Positions 11,100 through 22,741 of a DNA stretch of 64,000 nucleotides are shown here, in pieces. The position numbers and the translations under genes are program-made. Source of the DNA: Paraspadella gotoi (taxonomy: Eukaryota; Animalia; Chaetognatha); assembly GCA_051294375.1 (NCBI GenBank), contig CM119265.1, positions 12,079,866-12,143,865 of the forward strand. Reading direction: 5' to 3'. Under the pieces are notes generated by a model. It ran no database searches. It was not told the origin of the DNA and saw only the letters and a list, made by a program, of their open reading frames with translations. Each line of letters starts with the position of its first letter. Within the stretch, counting starts at the first letter, position 1.

Positions 11100-11572
11100 T
11101 TCTATGATAAAATAAAATTCGTTGTGAAACAAAAATCATTTAGCTAAATATCTTTAAAAGCTTTATTGCTAGAGGGGCGAAACCCAAACTATCTTGTAGA
11201 GTGGAAAAAATTGACTATGTTACATACCTCGCATTATAAATTAAGTTAGTTTTTTACTAAGGAAAATTTTTTTTAAAACCTATTGTTTTGGTCAATTTTT
11301 GATAAAATTTTTAAAAAATGATATTTTTAACAATGTTCGTGAAATATTTTGTAAAAAATTTATGGCGAATTGAATAAAAGAAATAATTGCCTTTGTTTTG
11401 CTGAAAGAATTTTTAAAAAAGGATGATCAGTTAAAAAGTTATAATTTTTTTTAAATTTAAAAAAAATCACTTTTCTAATAATTATTTTTTATTTAATAGG
11501 TTTGAACTAGGCTAAAGGAAAAAAGTGAATGCACTTTTTTCAGAGTAAATAAAAAAATAGTAAATTCTGATT

Positions 11573-12421
11573 TGACAATGGGTAACTTTAATATTTTGTC
11601 TCACCAGGTCATTAAAGTTTTTTTTAATTTTTATCATTTTATAATGGAATTATGACTTTTAAATAAGGTAGTTTTTTTAATTTTTTTTCTATATAAAAAA
11701 AAATTGACAAAAGCGATTAAATGATTAAAATTGATAAAATGAGACAAAAAAAGCAACTGAGAGAAGAGTTGCTTGCTGCTTACCGATCGAGAAAAAAAAT
11801 GTCATCATCTAGAGTGCCAAAGAAAAAAAACTAGTTATTCTATTTTTTTCATAAATTACCTTTTTCAAGCTAGTTCTCCAGAACTGAGTTGAATTATAAA
11901 TTGTGTTAAATATATTGCTTAATCAAAAGTTGTAAAAGACTTGGAAAAATATATTAAGCTTGCTTGATAAATTTAAGAATAGATCCGACATGTTGATAAA
12001 TTCATCAACTATAAAAGATATGAAATGAATAAAAATCAAAGATGAATTAAAAATTATATTTTAAAACTAAATTGACTATTTACAATAGACTTAATTATTA
12101 ACTATAAATCATGAATAGATAACAAAAAAATAGAATAACTAGTTTTCTTTCTTTGGCACTAAACATTTTTTTTCTCGACCGGCAAGCAGCAAGCAACTCT
12201 TTCCTCAGTTATTTAACTTTCATTAATTTTACTCTTTTTGTCTCATTTTATCAATTTTTAATCATTTAATCGCTTTTGTCAATTTTTCTTTTTCTTTTAT
12301 ATAGAAAAAAAATTTAAAAAACTACCTTATTTAAAAGTCATAATTCCATTATAAAATGATAAAAATTTAAAAAAAACTTTAATGACCTGGTGAGACAAAA
12401 TATTAAAGTTACCCATTGTCA
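11573..12421. mobile_element. Foldback/MITE-like element with ~290-bp inverted arms, about 220 bp upstream of the TRPM start codon
   Basis: TGACAATGGGTAACTTTAATATTTTGTCTCACCAGG... from 11573 is the reverse complement of the sequence ending at 12421; arms about 11573-11850 and 12125-12421. Confidence 0.8.
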
Positions 12422-12638
12422 TTATTTAGAAACCTGAATCGCTATTTAAAACTAAAAATTGTATTTATTTTTTATTTAGTGCACAAACGAAAATAGAAAA
12501 AACTTTGGTTCTAAAATCGCGTGTCATGGTGTGGGATGTAATTAAAAGTTTATTGTCCATAGTTACGACAAACACGGAACGATTTTAAAAGTGGTAAAGT
12601 CGTTTAATTTTTTTCGCGGAAAATTAAAGAATATAACG

Positions 12639-15512
12639 ATGAACAGGCTCTCAGAAAGAAAACTGTGGTTGAGAAAATGTAAGGGATTTTCCTCCCAGGA
12701 AGGAACAGACATTTGCTGGTGCGGAAAGGTCGAAGATAGTCACGTCGACAACGACGTTTACGAGACCGAAACTTTAAACGGAGACCTCGGCCTCGTCAAA
12801 GACCTGAAACGGACGGAGAGTCGCATCAAGTCCGCTCTCTCTTTTCGCGCCATCGCCAAACGAATCAACGTCGATGACGCTGAGGATCAAGTTTACCCCA
12901 ACCGCGCCGCTTGGCTGCAAAATGGGACCGTACCCAAAATCGCCACGAGTCTTCTCCGAATCGACTTTTACTGCAAAGACGTCAAAGTAGACAAGACTGT
13001 CTTCGGTCCACAATTCCTTCGTCGACTCGACGAGAATTTTCTTCCCAACGATCTCTTCTCATATTTGCGAGACGTTTGGAAGCTGCCGCCTCCTTCGCTG
13101 CTGCTGCACGTCGTAGGCGGCGAGCTCATCTTCACAGCGACGCGAATTCGCTTCAAGTCGATCCTGCGGCGGCTGATCCACGCCACGTCGTCGGTGTGGA
13201 TCGTGGGCGACGCAACCCACACGCTCGCGTCCGAAGCCGTCGGCGAGGTCGTCCAAAGCATCAATGAAGAATTCAACGCCGTCGAAGACGGGAGATACAA
13301 CAAACCCTTAATCAGCATCGGCGTCGGAGTCTGGGAAGAGATCGACGGCATCGAGATGTTAACGCTTGAAACTGCAGAGAATAAAGTTGAGTATCGAGAA
13401 AAAGTCGACGCCGACGAGGACGCATTGATCCACAATAAGACGCACTACTTGTTGGTGGACGGGACGAGTTCGACGGCCGCATCGAAGGTTGTCGACGCAA
13501 TCATGAAGCGACCCGGATGCCCTCGGGCAGTCGTCTTTCTCGACGACGTCTCGCAAGCACCGCCCGCGGATTCCAACGGCGTCGCGCATTTCGTTGTCGG
13601 TGAAAACTCTCGCCAATCCGAGGTCGGCCTGAATGTGACCGATTGGACACCTAAAATGCTAGAGGCGTTTAAAGTAAACACGGATCCTTTTCAACTGATG
13701 ACGTTGAGTTTAGCCTGGAACGACAAAGACTTTTGCATGAAGATTATAGAGGAAACGAGCGAAACCGGACTCAAGATCCAATTGAATCAACTTTACTCTC
13801 CAGAGAGCGTCTCTGCCGACATCATCGAAACTCTGGAAAGAGAGAACCGAGTGGAAGATTTCGACTACGCCAGACTCCGGGAACTTTTTCCCCGCAGTCT
13901 TCCCACGGCGACAAAGATGTTGAGACGCACCGTGCCGCTGTCGCTGGAACGGTTTCTCCGTTACGTAACGGAATTGCCGAGGAGTTGGGAGAGCATGGCG
14001 CTCGGATCGGGCTACACCCTCCTCTTTCTTTTCAGCGTCCTCGAGGGGCGCGACGATCTGGCCAAACACTTTTTCCGCAAATGCGAGGATCCGGTTCTGG
14101 CGTCGCTAATGGCCTCGCACATGCTGCAAGTTATGAATTCGGTAAAACTAGATCGGGATAAAGACACCATGAAAGATCAGGCGCGCAACTACGAAAAACA
14201 CGCATGCGAACTTTTGAGCAAATGCCACGAGTCTGACCCAGTAAAGACTAAGATGCTTCTCGTCCGGGACGTACAGGTCGCGCTACCCGGCGCCGACAAC
14301 ATCGAAACTTCCGCCCTTCAATTCGCCGTTCAGAGCGAAATGGTCAAAAAGTTTCTGACGACCCAACCGTGTCAGGAACATTTCGACAACATCTGGTATC
14401 GATCTCTACGAAACAACAAAAGCACGAAATTCGTGATGACGTTGGTGACGATCCTCTGGTTCGTCTGTTTTCTCTCTTTGGTCACTGTACTTTTCTTGGT
14501 CGAGCAGGGCGTGGCAAACTCGGCGCTTATCACCGTCTCCTTCGCTCCGATCTTCGTCTCTTTGCTCATTCAATCCGTCGTCGGCGTTTGGTTCTACAAA
14601 CACAACAAAGCCAAGCGTAAAAAGCGACCGGACAAAATCGGGAAACAGGCTCAATTCATCCTTAAAAAAATCTACATGCGCGACGTGTACCACTTTCAAA
14701 AGTTCGGCATCGACATCCGGGCCTTTTTCTACAAGCGGCGCTTGTTCGGCCTCGCCAAACTTCTCGCCGCCTACAAGACTTTCAAAACGGCCATCAAGAA
14801 CCTGTTCAGCATGCCGGCCGTCAAGTATCTCCAGTACTTCGTCGCGTACATCAGCTACTGCATCCTTTTCACTTACATACTGGTCTTCAACGACCGTCGC
14901 GCCTGGACGCGTCGCATCTCCGCCCCGGAGATCTTCATCTTTGCCTATTGGCTCGCTTTCTTCTTCGACGAGTTTCGACAAGTGATGAAGGGGACTTGTG
15001 GCCACGAGGAGAGCACCACTTTGGCGGCCAAGTGGAGCATCTACCTCGACTCTTCGTGGAATCGGATGGACCTCTTTCTCATCGTCACAGGCGTCGTCAT
15101 TTTCGTTCTTCGTCTCGTCGTCGTCTTTGTCGATCACGAACCGGATTCTCTCCTCGTACTCTGGACCTTCAACTTTTACGCTCTCATTTACTTTTGTTGG
15201 TGCGTCCGTCTGTTGCAGTTTTGCTCCATGATCCGCCAATTGGGGCCGCACCTCATCATGATCCGCGAGATGCTGCGCGACCTCCTCAACTTCGTCGTGT
15301 TTCTCGTCGTCACGTTCATCGGTTACAGTTACATGCGATTCGCACTCGTGCGCACGCTCAAGGGAGACGAGACGGTCACGTGCGCGAGGATGGGTGACGA
15401 CGGAAAGGTGACCATTTTCAACTCGACGGTCACGTGCACCGGCTCGGTGGAGGACGTCTTCGTTGTCGGCGCTGAGATCTTCAAAGGCCCGTTTTTTAAT
15501 CTTATTGGACAG
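12639..15512 (+). CDS. TRPM-family cation channel, exon 1 (958 codons: MHR N-terminus through S1-S5 and pore helix)
   Basis: N-terminal CWCG; W.LPPPSLLLHVVGG; NKTHYLLVDG; F..PAVKY; FFFDEFRQ; YLDSSWNRMD; RLLQFCSMIRQLGPHLIMIREM; GPFFNLIGQ. Donor CAG|GTGGGT, phase 0. Confidence 0.9.
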
Positions 15513-16090
15513 GTGGGTCGGTCTGTTGTTAGTGGACACAACATCATCGACTACAGCAACAATAACAACAACGACGACGACAACGACTGATGAGCGGAGT
15601 TTTCCGTCTCTTGCTCACCCTTTTGAGAGTATCAATAACACTGGTTGAAACGCAAGTCTATGTGATCAAGCATGATCTAGATCTGAAGGTAAGCAAAAGC
15701 AAGCATCGGTATACAATCAGAATAGCAATGATCTCTCAGGTAAGCTCCGCCTATTCAATGACATAATGCATAGCCACGCATATGGAATGACATATGAGTA
15801 ATATTGAGTAATATTGACATATTGAGTAATACACATACGAAACCAATACTAAACCCAGACGATGACTAATTAATATTATCACAATCTGTATGAAAGGAAA
15901 TCATAATTAAAACATATCAATAGAATTATAACAAACAGCAATGTTTATAAACAAATATTGATTGTTTATATTTATAAACACTTTTACAAAAGGAAGTTGA
16001 TTGCGACGAACTTCAACGAGAGTTTTTCCTACACGACTTCTTTTTTTTAATCTCTTTTGACTGGTAAATCGTTCATCAATTCACTCAATT

Positions 16091-17508
16091 AACAAGTTTG
16101 AGCAAACAATGTCGGATCTGCCTACGATAATTAATTCATTAATTAATTAATCGATTAATTAATTAATTAATTTTAATAATTAATTATAATTTATATTCAG
16201 CTTGTCATCATCGATGTCCTTAAAATTGAGTCAGGACAGTTATTAAATGTTTTGTTTACATTTTATCAAAACAAACAAATATCCTCTATTTTATTTTATG
16301 TCTCCTTCTCTCTCACTCTCTCTCACTCTCTCTCTCTCTCTCTTTCTATCTCTCTCTTTTTATGCAATTGCGACGATCCTTATGCTTTTAAGATTTTTTT
16401 AACTTGCATCATTTTTTTCAACTTGCATAATTTTTTCAACTTGCATTCCGTTAAAACTTTATATCTAGCTTCTTCATTCACTTTCCTACCGGCTCACAAA
16501 ATTTCATCTCAATCTATCATGGGTTAAAATAAATAAAAAGATTCAAGTAAATGTGACTCATATTTTTTTTATTTAAACTCATTTCTACTGGTACGTTTCC
16601 ACCGAAACTTTATATCAAGCTTTGTCACACATTTTCCTACCCACACACAAAATTTCCATCCAATTATGATTAATTAGAGTATTTATTGGTTAAAATAAGT
16701 AAAAAGATTTTAGTAAATGCGACTTATATTTTTTCCATTTAAACTAATTTCCACTCACACGATTCTATCGAAACTTTATATCCAGCTTTATCACACACTT
16801 TCCTACCCACACACAAAATTTAATTCCAATCCAACCAGTCAATCACGAGTTATTGGAGCTTTTTGCTAAGGTGGGATGGATGGACAGATTGATTGACTAA
16901 TTAATTAATTATTGATTAATTTATTTACTAATTGATTAATTAACTGATTAATTATTTGATTTATTAATACATCCTGCATATACATTTAATATAAAAGGAA
17001 AAAGAAGCATAATCAATTAGTGAAACAGGTTTTTTGTTTTTTTCCATTTAAACTCATTTCCACTCAAACAATTCTATCAAAACTTAATTTCCTGTTCAAT
17101 CACACACTTTCCTACCCACATACAAAATTTTAGGTCAATCAGCCCATCCACTCATGAGCAATTTGGTGTTCAAATAGTGAATATATTTTTTTTGTTTTTT
17201 CCATTTAAACTCATTTCCACTCGGACGATTCCATCGAAACATCATATCCAGCTCAATCACACACTTCGCTATCCACACACAAAATTTTTTTCAAACCCAT
17301 CCATCCAATCACGAGTAATTGGTGTTTTTTGCTAAGGTGGGACGGACGGACGGACCGACGGACGGACATTTTTTTTGCATAATTTATCATAATTCGATGT
17401 TCTGACATGATATAAGTTATTGCCCGACAATATTGAGGGTGCGGACCGACGGACCGACAAAGTGAATTATAGAGTCGGGATCTGCTGATAATCAGATCTG
17501 ACTAAAAA
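16091..17508 (-). mobile_element. Helentron/DINE-1-like (HINE) non-autonomous element in the TRPM intron
   Basis: On -: T-run, 5' hairpin GTCAGATCTG..CAGATCCCGAC, (GTCC)n tract, internal tandem repeats, and 3' subterminal repeat GCAGATCCGAC plus GTTTG-CT-CAAAC hairpin ending in TT. Confidence 0.7.
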
Positions 17509-17520
17509 CTTTTTTTTAAG

Positions 17521-17736
17521 GTCGCCCACGATACTGAACATTCGTTGCTGCCCAAGGATATGGCCGATCCCTTGTATAACTACAAACGTTTTATGATCCT
17601 CTTCTTCCTCCCATTGCTTCAAGCCGTTTATCTCCTCTTTTCGCTCATTCTCCTCGTCAATCTGCTCATTGCCGTCTTCAATTTTAGCCTCACGACCGTC
17701 AACGAAGACGCGGAAGAATTTTGGATGGTTTATCAG
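17521..17736 (+). CDS. TRPM-family channel, exon 2 (pore loop, S6, TRP helix)
   Basis: Acceptor TTTTTTAAG|, in phase with exon 1; YLLFSLILLVNLLIAVFN...VNEDAEEFWMVYQ; donor CAG|GTTAGT. Confidence 0.9.
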
Positions 17737-17800
17737 GTTAGTGAGGGAAAGACGGAAGATTGAGAAGATAATGGAGAGAACGAAAAAGCTAAAAGGGGGG

Positions 17801-17904
<104 letters not shown>

Positions 17905-18409
17905 GGAAGAAAAATAAAGAAAAAAATCTTAAAAGCATAAGGATCGAGCCGCTTTCGATAGTAACCAAATATTGATGCGATGATAACCAAATATTGATCG
18001 ATGTAACCAAATATTGACGATGATAACCAATAATTGATGCGATGATAACAAATGGACTGATGTGATGATAATCAAATGATTGATTGCGATGATAGTCATT
18101 TTTTGATATGATGATAATCCATTCATTGAATACGATGATAGTCATTATTGATGCGATGATAGTAATTCATTTGACGCGATGAATCATTCATCGTAAATAA
18201 AACAAAACAAATGCCGTATGAGTGAAAGAGAGAGAGGAGAGAGAAACGAGAGAGAAGAGAGAGAGAGAGGGCTGGACAGTTTTCCCGCCAACGAAACGCA
18301 TTATTAGGTCTCTCTCGTTTATATAAAGAATAATCAGAATTTTTATATATTGTATTGAGAAAAAAGCGGGAATAAATGTGCGATAATAAAAGTTTTAGAA
18401 GGAAAAAAA

Positions 18410-18449
<40 letters not shown>

Positions 18450-18668
18450 GGAGAGAAAGAGAGAGAGAGAGAGAAAAAGAAGCCATATAAGAAATTTTTT
18501 GTACGTTGAAAAATTATAATCCCTATTAACAAAATCCAGGTAAAGAGAAAAAAGCGCGGAATAAATGCGATATAAAGTTTTTAGAAGGAAAAAAATAATC
18601 AGAATTTATCAAAAAACGAACGATCACGCAAGAGATCGTAAAGAGAGAAAGAGGACAGAAAGAGAGAT

Positions 18669-18701
<33 letters not shown>

Positions 18702-19137
18702 AAGAAGCTGAACAGACGCTGCATTGGCGGAACTCGTTTTACTCGTCGCCAAATTAAAATATAGTTTACTATATACAAATTTGATATGTGCAGTAAGTAC
18801 TATAATCTAATTAGCATATTGCAGTAAATTATAATGAAGTGGAAATTCAAACAAAAAATACCTTGAATCGATATGAAACAAAGAAAATGGACCACACATT
18901 TTCAACTTCTATCACTGCCCTCCACTAATGGAACTTGATAAATAGATACATTGTTTGGTAGTTAAACCATAAACCGGCAAAAGATAGGCAGTAAAAAAGT
19001 GATCTGGCATATAGCATTACATCCGGCATATTCAAATTGTAAAAAAAAATTAAGGTTTTTTTCGATCAACAACCAGTTGTCAATACTGTTTTTGGTATTA
19101 ATAACAAAAAAAAAAAAAATCAAACAACATTGGACAG

Positions 19138-19854
19138 TAAGGCGTAGTAAATTTTCTAAATTTAACTTAATTAAAATTCGAAAAGTTGAAGAACGAACAA
19201 CATTATATTAATGAACATTTATGTAATAGAAAATTTATAATAATAAAAAAAAAATTTATAAAAAAAATAAAAAAAAAAAAATTTATAATAATAAATAATA
19301 ATAATAATAATTAATAATAATAATAATTTATAATAAATTCATAATAATTTACGCAGTAGGCCATATTGATACTAGTACTAAACCAATAAATGTTAAAATT
19401 TCAAGAACAGTTATTTTGTAAGATTTTTTTCGCAGATTTGGATTCGTCATAAAAGTTGACAGAAAGAAAATAACTCTTTTTGAAAAATTCCTTCATTAAG
19501 TGGGTCAAAAATATATATTATAATATATTTTAAGCTGCAAAATTTACTTTTTCCATATTAAATATAGTTTTTTTAATTTTTAACCCACTTAATGAAAGAA
19601 TTTTTAAAAATGACTTATATTTTCTTTTATCAACTTTTTACGAGGAATTCAAATCTGCCAATCAAAATTAAGAAAAGCCTATTTTTGAAATTTTTCGATT
19701 TATAAGGTTAGTACTATATATAAATATAGGCCTACTGCGAAAATTAAAAAACACTAAACACTTAATTTTTTTTACAAATTAATGTTCACTGATGGTATGT
19801 TGTTCATAATTGACTTTTAGCAATTTTACGTATGTAACTTTCACTACGCCGTTA
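19138..19854. mobile_element. Non-autonomous hAT-like DNA transposon
   Basis: Ends TAAGGCGTAGT / ACTACGCCGTTA with internal inverted similarity; 8-bp TSD TTGGACAG (19130-19137 and 19855-19862). Partial copies near 26872 and 52490-52659. Confidence 0.75.
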
Positions 19855-22726
19855 TTGGACAGAGTATAAAAAGATTTCTCTGGCAATGTAAATCTGTATT
19901 AAATAATGCTATTTGCTTATTATATTTTTTTTTCTTTAAATAACAATCATGTTAGCGACGGAGAGAGATGGGAGAGAAGCGTAAAATTTCTGACGTATGA
20001 GTTATTCTTCACTTTTTCTAAAATAAATCCACGAAAAATCTTGGATGTAAATTTGGGATAATGGTGATAATAAAAGTTTTAGAAGGAAAAATAATCATAA
20101 TTTTTCAAAAAGCGAACGATCACGCAAGAAATCGTACACAGAGAGGAGAGAGAGAGAGAGAAAGACAGAGAGAGGTCACAGAGAGAGACTCACAGAGAGA
20201 GTCAGACAGAGAGAAACAAAGCTGGACAGCTGCTGAAGGCCGCTGTACAGTCGCTGTACAGTCACTGCAGAGACTGAACTTCGTTTTTTTTTTTTTTTTT
20301 TTTTTATTAATACCAAAAACAGTATTGACATAATCATAAACAGTAATAGTGTAAAAGACTGGAAAACTAAAGCTATGTAATTGAAAGTTCAATAAAAAAA
20401 GACCAAATTAACAAAACAATAAATTAACTAGACTAAAACCACAATGAAAGTAACTACACTATAGATCAATCTAAAACACAATGAACAGTTTAAATCTTAA
20501 TAAATGTTATGAACTAATTCATACAGAAACTATAAAAAATAACGTTTACAAATCATTAATTAAATGTTATGAACTAATTCATTAAGAAACTTCATAACAA
20601 AGTTAATTGTTTCAAGACGTTCAAGACTGGAAAAACAAGTAAAAACTAAACACTACATATTGAAATTCAATAAAAACAAAGACACTAACGTTTATAATCA
20701 TTAATACAATGTTCTATGACACTAATTCATAAAGAAACTATAAAAAAATAACGCTTCAAGCGATACGTTTAAAGATCTCAAACTGTAAAAATCATAAAAC
20801 TGGCATAAAACTAAAAAAACGCAAAATTGTCAAATGTCAGAGAAGCAATAGTTTTTATTTTAAATTTGTAATTTTTATTTTTGATAATGCGTAAAAATAA
20901 AAACAAAAAATATGACAACAAAGACAAAACAAAAAATATAAAGCATAAACGAAAAAATAATGTTAATAAAACGTTCAAAGATAATGCGTAAAAACAAAAC
21001 AAAAAAATATGAAAACAAGAACAAAACAAAAATATAAAGCATTATTGAAAAACATGAGCAAAAAATAAACTAAAACATTATAAAAATGTTTAATATTCAA
21101 GGTTTTATTTTATAAAAAGTCATTATAAGCATTTAATGCCTGGAGTATAACATATAACATATTCCTAAAAATATATATTTATAAAGTGTTTAAGTAAAGG
21201 GCAGAGGGACCACATTACTATGAATAGAAATATCAAATATATAAGTACGCAGATCAACAGAAAAAGATACTAATTAAAACAGAAATGAGACGCTAACAGA
21301 TACACAAAACAACATGAGACGCTAACAGAAATAAAAAACACTATATCACGTAAGTGTAAGATACTAATTAAAACAGACAAAGAGACGCTAAAACGAAATG
21401 AGACGCTAACAGATACACAAAAAGACATGAGACGCTAACAGAAACAAAAAAAAAAAAACAAAAAAAAAAAAAAAAAAAAAAAACCACTATATCACGTAAG
21501 TGTAAAAGTACAGATACACAAAAAATATATAATGTAAGTTTAATTTTTTATTTTTTACGCTAAAAACAAAATAAGATGCTAACAAATACTCAACATGTTA
21601 ATAAAAATATAAATATGTGGTCCCTCAATACCCAATACGAAATGCCCTCATTGGTTAAATAAGTTCCAATAACCAATTTTAACCGTTTAATTAAGTTACC
21701 CCACTCTATAGTCCCATCCTCATTTAATGTACCCAGTACATTATAACTTATACTCATTGGAATTCAATATTTTCGTAGCTTTGTATTTAATTACCTCTTA
21801 TGAGGCCCGGATCGCGCCTAATCCGAATCGCCGATCTAAAGCTTAGAACTACGAGTAGTACAAATTCTTGTTGGATCAAAATGAGTTAAATTTTAAGCGA
21901 AAGTTGATCGGTTTGAAGCGCGATTTTCGCGATCGCTTTTTTGCCATAACTTTTGAACAGATTATCCGATTTTGATGAAATTTTGCATGCAGATAATATT
22001 CAATATTTCCTATCGATTGGTGCCCAATTAATTGAAAAATACTTAATGGTTTAGAAATGATGCTCATCCCCAAAGAAATATTCAGAAAAAGTGAGAAAAA
22101 ATAAAAAAACTGCAAGAGGCGTGAGAATAAAGGATGCTAAGTTTACAATTGTTGATCCAATAAATAACGTTGCTGACGCGGTTCACTGGAGTCAGAATTA
22201 TCACGCACATAATGGCGTTAAGGATCGGGTCACGCCTATTCGTACACCTCCGCGCGACACCTGTTCGAGCGGCACCTGACGCCTCAATTTTTTTTTCCCG
22301 TTTCATCTGAATATTTTTTTTTGTGGCAATTTTATTTTGCTCAAAATAAAAAGTTAAACTTTTCGTTTAATTTGAAAACTTCAAATTCATGAAATACGAA
22401 TCCATTTCAACCTTTTTTCGCGAAATACTTTTTTTTCTGGTATTTAATTTTAGATTTACATTTTTCTCTTTTTCATTTTCTCCTCGCTCAGATTCTGAAA
22501 TAAATTATCCACCATTAAAATTTCTCTCTCTTTTCCATCCCCCCCCCCCGCAAAAAAAAAAATTTTAACCCGATTTATCCTTCTTCTCCTTCATCTCTAC
22601 TTCACGCCCTCCCTTTTTTTCGCGGGAACATTTAAATGCATTCGGTCTCTTTCCCTCATCGCCACGCCCCCTTGTCACTTATCTGTGACACTTTTTTTCT
22701 CTCGTCCGCCATCCGAGGTCGACGTC

Positions 22727-22741
22727 GCTGCCCTCTAGCGG
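22727..22741 (-). promoter_or_regulatory. Candidate CTCF-binding motif in a CpG-rich island
   Basis: CCGCTAGAGGGCAGC on -, a close match to the bilaterian CTCF core consensus. Confidence 0.4.

Larger units (their letters stand above)
10016..11142 (-). mobile_element. Non-coding head-to-head Penelope pLTR insertion with 12-bp TSD
   Basis: Near-perfect arms of about 510 bp (10061-10573 and 10617-11141) with a ~45-bp spacer. The left arm has a ~45-bp extra tail. TSD GCTAAATATCTT at 10004-10015 and 11143-11154. Confidence 0.88.

Noticed and set aside
14406-15539. 377-aa antisense ORF and other overlapping ORFs within the TRPM exon
   Set aside because: Shadow ORFs expected from GC-rich codon usage; no recognisable motifs.
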